64,000 nucleotides of DNA, taken from NCBI GenBank assembly GCA_963674755.2, contig CAXXVS010000003.1:704001-768000 (forward strand). The letters run 5' to 3'. The stretch comes from Desulfobacterales bacterium. Its GTDB lineage: Bacteria > Desulfobacterota > Desulfobacteria > Desulfobacterales > UBA5852. The notes beneath the pieces were generated by a model. That model had not been told where the DNA came from and did not search any database. It saw nothing but the letters and a program-made list of their open reading frames with translations. Made by a program: the position numbers and the translations under genes. This document shows, one piece after another, positions 60,681-64,000 of this stretch; positions within the stretch are counted from its first letter, which is position 1, and the number at the start of each line of letters is the position of its first letter.

Positions 60681-61772
60681 GGGACGCCCTTTATATATTT
60701 ATATTTACATACCCGACCGTTTTCTGATATACATCTGAAATGCCCCGACAAGCGCGAATCGATGCTCCCGGTGCGGTCCACCACATCATTGTCAGAGGAA
60801 TCGAACGGCGTAAGATCTTCCTTGACGACCAGGACCGCGACAACTTCGTAAACCGGCTGGGCGACCTGGTTATAGAAACCCAGACCCCATGTTTCGCCTG
60901 GGCGCTGCTTCCCAATCATTTCCATCTTCTGCTGCAAACCGGTTCCGTTCCCATCGCCACGTTGATGCGCCGGCTGCTGACAGGTTATGCTATCGGCTTT
61001 AACCGACGTCACCGCCGCAGCGGCCATCTGTTTCAGAACCGCTATAAATCTATCTTGTGCGAAGAAGATGTTTATCTAAAGGAACTGGTTCGCTACATCC
61101 ATCTGAATCCTTTGAGGGCCAAGGTGGTTAATGACATCGTGGCCTTGGAGGGATACCGGTTTGCCGGTCACAGCTATTTGATGGGCAAACAGGAAAACGA
61201 TTGGCAGGCGCTCGACCGTGTATTGTCCTTGTTTGGAAAGCGTACATCCCCGGCCCGGCGCCAGTATCGCGAGTACGTTAAAAAGGGCTTGGACCAGGGT
61301 CGCCGGCCGGAATTGATCGGAGGCGGTTTGGTTCGAAGCACCGGCGGCTGGAAGGCCGTGCGATCACAGCGCCAAGCGGGTCTCCTTTTGAAAAGCGACG
61401 AACGGATTTTGGGCAGCAGCGAATTTGTGGGCAAGGTCCTGGCGGAAGCTCAGGAAGCTATGCAAAACAAGTATGTTCTGAGATCCAAAGGCATCGGGCT
61501 CGATGAGGTGATGAAAGCAGTAGCCCGTGAGCTGTCCATTGAAATGCAGGTGCTCATCGGTCCCGGTAAAGCGCGCACCATCGTCAAGGCCCGCCAGTTA
61601 GTGTGCCACTGGGCCGTGACAGAGCTGGGGTTGCCGATGACCGATGTCGCGCGACGGCTGGGCATTGCCGTACCAACCGTCAGTGTTGCGGCCAAAAAGG
61701 GCCGGGGACTTGCCGATAGGGAGCGATGGGTATTAGCCGATCTCCTAAATATAAAGGTATAAAGGGCGTCCC
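60681..61772. mobile_element. 1.09-kb unit bounded by 27-bp inverted repeats and containing the Y1 transposase
   Basis: gggacgccctttatatatttatattta (60681-60707) versus taaatataaaggtataaagggcgtccc (61746-61772): 25/27 complementary. Confidence 0.7.
60740..61762 (+). CDS. Y1 HUH tyrosine transposase (RAYT-like) with C-terminal HTH
   Basis: MPRQAR..HHIIVRGIERRKIF, HUH motif NHFHLL, GHLFQNRY, catalytic RYIHLNP; C-terminal DnaA-like HTH (ARQLVCHW...MTDVARRLG..TVS). Confidence 0.9.
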   Translation: MPRQARIDAPGAVHHIIVRGIERRKIFLDDQDRDNFVNRLGDLVIETQTPCFAWALLPNHFHLLLQTGSVPIATLMRRLLTGYAIGFNRRHRRSGHLFQNRYKSILCEEDVYLKELVRYIHLNPLRAKVVNDIVALEGYRFAGHSYLMGKQENDWQALDRVLSLFGKRTSPARRQYREYVKKGLDQGRRPELIGGGLVRSTGGWKAVRSQRQAGLLLKSDERILGSSEFVGKVLAEAQEAMQNKYVLRSKGIGLDEVMKAVARELSIEMQVLIGPGKARTIVKARQLVCHWAVTELGLPMTDVARRLGIAVPTVSVAAKKGRGLADRERWVLADLLNIKV

Positions 61773-61821
61773 ATAGACGTCCCCGGTGAATAGTTAGCCG
61801 AGAATAGTGCGACGATAGAAA

Positions 61822-62952
61822 ATGGATGTCGTATTAAAAGCCAATCGAATTGCAGCGATCGACATCGCGCGCTTTTATGCCATCGCGCTTGTCTTCTACG
61901 GCCACTTTATCGAAGAATTGATGCTGCTGAAAAATCCGGCCGCCGCCAGTCAATACAAATTTATCTACGCCTTCCATATGGTGCTGTTCATTGTCCTGGC
62001 TGGATATGTGGCCAAGGAAAGCGACGTCGAATGGCGTTGGGGCCAATTTTTAAAGCATCGGTTTTTCACGCGGCTTTTGCCCTTCATCTTCTTCACGTTA
62101 GTGATGATGATCCCGCCGATTTTCTTCCAGGGCAAGGTTTTCGGCATGGTATTGCCCAGCGTCGAGGGGTATAGCCGGGGGCTTGTCAACACCATTTTCG
62201 GTCTGCCGTCGTTTTGTATTCCCTCGTGGTTCCTGTTGCTGATTATCGGAATCGAATTGCTTCATTATACGGCGTTTCGCTTTCTAAAAGACTCCAATGC
62301 CAAAATCCTGATGGCCGCAGGCCTATTCTACGTTGCAGGCTACTGGCTGAACCTGAAGCTCGACTTGTTCAACCCCCTCAAAGGCCGCATCGTCGGCTGG
62401 AACTATTTCTTTATCCATGAGGCCATTGTCCTGTACGGCTTCTATTTGCTGGGCATATATCTCCGTCGCAAGCGCGTTTTTGTAAACCGGATGACATTCA
62501 AGATCTTAGTTCCGGGCGCGGTTGCGGCGTTCTTAATCGTCTTGTTGACCTACAAACTTAACACCGGCCCGTTCAATTTTAATGTCTATAACGATGTGGT
62601 CATATTGTTTTCTTCCCACGGCCATTTCCTGCTGTTCCCTTTTACCGCCATAGCCGGCTGCGCCCTCATACTGCTATGCGCTGCTATGACACCCGCCAGA
62701 GACACCTTCGTTTGGCTGGGACAAAACACCCTTATTCTTATGTGTCTGAACGGCATTTTCTATCACTACATCAACCCGCCGACGGCCAAGTGGGTGCTGG
62801 CCAACCTTTCCGAATCGGCGGTCGGCATATTCGGTATCGGTTTCGCCATGACGGCGGCCAGTCTGGCGCTGTGCATGCCCTTTATTTATCTGCTCAACAG
62901 GTTTGTCCCGCATCTCGTGGGCAAACCGCAATTATCAAAATATTTTGCATAA
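61822..62952 (+). CDS. acyltransferase family 3 membrane protein
   Basis: RIAAIDIAR..AIALVFYGH, IYAFHMVLF, WFL, LGQNTL; about 10 TM. Confidence 0.88.
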   Translation: MDVVLKANRIAAIDIARFYAIALVFYGHFIEELMLLKNPAAASQYKFIYAFHMVLFIVLAGYVAKESDVEWRWGQFLKHRFFTRLLPFIFFTLVMMIPPIFFQGKVFGMVLPSVEGYSRGLVNTIFGLPSFCIPSWFLLLIIGIELLHYTAFRFLKDSNAKILMAAGLFYVAGYWLNLKLDLFNPLKGRIVGWNYFFIHEAIVLYGFYLLGIYLRRKRVFVNRMTFKILVPGAVAAFLIVLLTYKLNTGPFNFNVYNDVVILFSSHGHFLLFPFTAIAGCALILLCAAMTPARDTFVWLGQNTLILMCLNGIFYHYINPPTAKWVLANLSESAVGIFGIGFAMTAASLALCMPFIYLLNRFVPHLVGKPQLSKYFA

Positions 62953-63747
62953 CATGGCCTGCATTTTCGCTGGCTGCCGACAACCCTGTTTATCGCCTTC
63001 TTATGCCTGCCCCTCATTTCACTTGTGTATTTAAGTTTCATTTCGACCTTGAGCGGCACCGCAACCCCGGTGGGGCAATTGACCCTGTCCAATTACCTTC
63101 ACGTTTTTCAAAATCCGGCCCTGACGGCTTCCATCATCAACTCCGTAAGCTATGTCATCTTAAATATTCTCATGACCATCCCGGTTGCGCTGCTGGCCGC
63201 CTACGCTTTTTCACGCTATTCTTTTGCGGGCGATCAGCATCTTTTTTTCGGCTTTCTAACCCTGCGGATGACGCCACCGGTGGTCATGGTGCTTCCGGTA
63301 TTTCTCATATTTGCCGCTCTGGACCTCATCAACAAACCGCTTGCGATCGCCCTGGCGCATTGTTTGTTTAACGTGCCCATTTCCATCTGGGTGCTGGAAA
63401 GCTTTATCTCGGCCATTCCCCAGGAACTGGACGAAACGGCCTTTATCGACGGCTATTCCCACTTCGGGTTTTTTGCCAGGGTGCTGATTCCCCTGCTGGC
63501 GCCGGGAATCGCGGTGGCCTGTTTCTTCTGCTTCATGTTTTCATGGGTCGAGGTGGTCTTTGCCCGGATATTGACGGTGACCGCCGGCAAACCCATCAGC
63601 ATGGCGATATCCGCCCTGTTTACGTTTCGAACCGATATCGGCCTTGTCATGGCGATGACGGTCCTTTCCATTATTCCGGGCGCCCTGATGATCTATTTTG
63701 TGCGCAATCACATTGCCAAGGGGTTTATGATCAGGCAGGTCAGCTGA
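62953..63747 (+). CDS. carbohydrate (glycerol-type) ABC transporter permease 2; 5' end anomalous
   Basis: EAA loop IPQELDETAFIDG, FCFMFSWVE, VRNHIAKGF; first TM helix is in frame from 62953 but ATG 62954 is out of frame. Confidence 0.75.
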   Translation, partial: HGLHFRWLPTTLFIAFLCLPLISLVYLSFISTLSGTATPVGQLTLSNYLHVFQNPALTASIINSVSYVILNILMTIPVALLAAYAFSRYSFAGDQHLFFGFLTLRMTPPVVMVLPVFLIFAALDLINKPLAIALAHCLFNVPISIWVLESFISAIPQELDETAFIDGYSHFGFFARVLIPLLAPGIAVACFFCFMFSWVEVVFARILTVTAGKPISMAISALFTFRTDIGLVMAMTVLSIIPGALMIYFVRNHIAKGFMIRQVS

Positions 63748-63753
63748 GGGGAT

Positions 63754-64000
63754 TTATTGAAGAGCCAAAGAGCGGCGCCTTTCGAGAGCGGCTTTGAAGG
63801 CCCACGATACGGTTAAGATGATGATAAAATAGATGATCGACCGGGCGGCCGCAGGACCCACGTCATACCCCACAACCTCCGTGCCCAGCTCCATGGCTAA
63901 AAAACTGGTCGAACTGCGGGGACCGCCGGCATTGAGAAGGAAGGGCTCGGTGTAGACCATCAGGCTGTCGATAAAGCGCAGCAGGATCGCCATCAGCAAT
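63754..64000 (-). CDS. carbohydrate (glycerol-type) ABC transporter permease 1, C-terminal part
   Basis: LLRFIDSLMVYTEPFLLNAGGP...GPAAARSIIYF; runs off window end. Confidence 0.8.
   Translation of the reverse strand, partial: LLMAILLRFIDSLMVYTEPFLLNAGGPRSSTSFLAMELGTEVVGYDVGPAAARSIIYFIIILTVSWAFKAALERRRSLALQ

Noticed and set aside
61822..63747. Acyltransferase-permease readthrough fusion
   Set aside because: In-frame continuity is real, but the stop is TAA and the acyltransferase looks complete; a 1-base deletion after ATG 62954 is simpler.
1..64000. tRNA or rRNA genes
   Set aside because: None recognised by eye; tRNAscan-SE was not run.

Overview
GC-rich (about 60% by eye) bacterial DNA whose gene content (DUF362 and DUF3786/Fe-S proteins, TRAP transporter, MCP, REP/MITE-like repeats) suggests an anaerobic Desulfobacterales-like deltaproteobacterium; the taxonomy is inference. 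Positions 1-52.7 kb carry metabolic and accessory genes: LTA-synthase-family sulfatase, Nudix hydrolase, acyltransferase, GNAT, two cupins, a protease/lipoprotein/FG-GAP trio, a cecR-ybhGFSR-like ABC exporter, a frameshifted outer-membrane beta-barrel, MCP, MFS, a two-component system with a TRAP + SDR + CoA ligase + thiolase/DUF35 catabolic operon, and an Fe-S/DUF3786 cluster sharing an 18-bp palindrome. At least three families of short palindromic repeats fill the intergenic spaces; two are tandemly amplified (292-bp and 152-bp units), each starting at the 3' end of a cupin gene. The most striking feature is an AT-rich island (about 52.7-59.6 kb) with a two-gene operon: a 1739-aa protein read as STAS-like/HATPase/STAS-like/PRTase/PRTase/degenerate-kinase, and a 532-aa receiver-HD phosphohydrolase. 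This is a candidate signalling-controlled nucleotide-targeting defence system. It abuts a truncated and an intact Y1 (RAYT-like) HUH transposase gene, the latter bounded by 27-bp inverted repeats, plus an IS66 remnant. Domain calls are from motif reading by eye; no searches were run.
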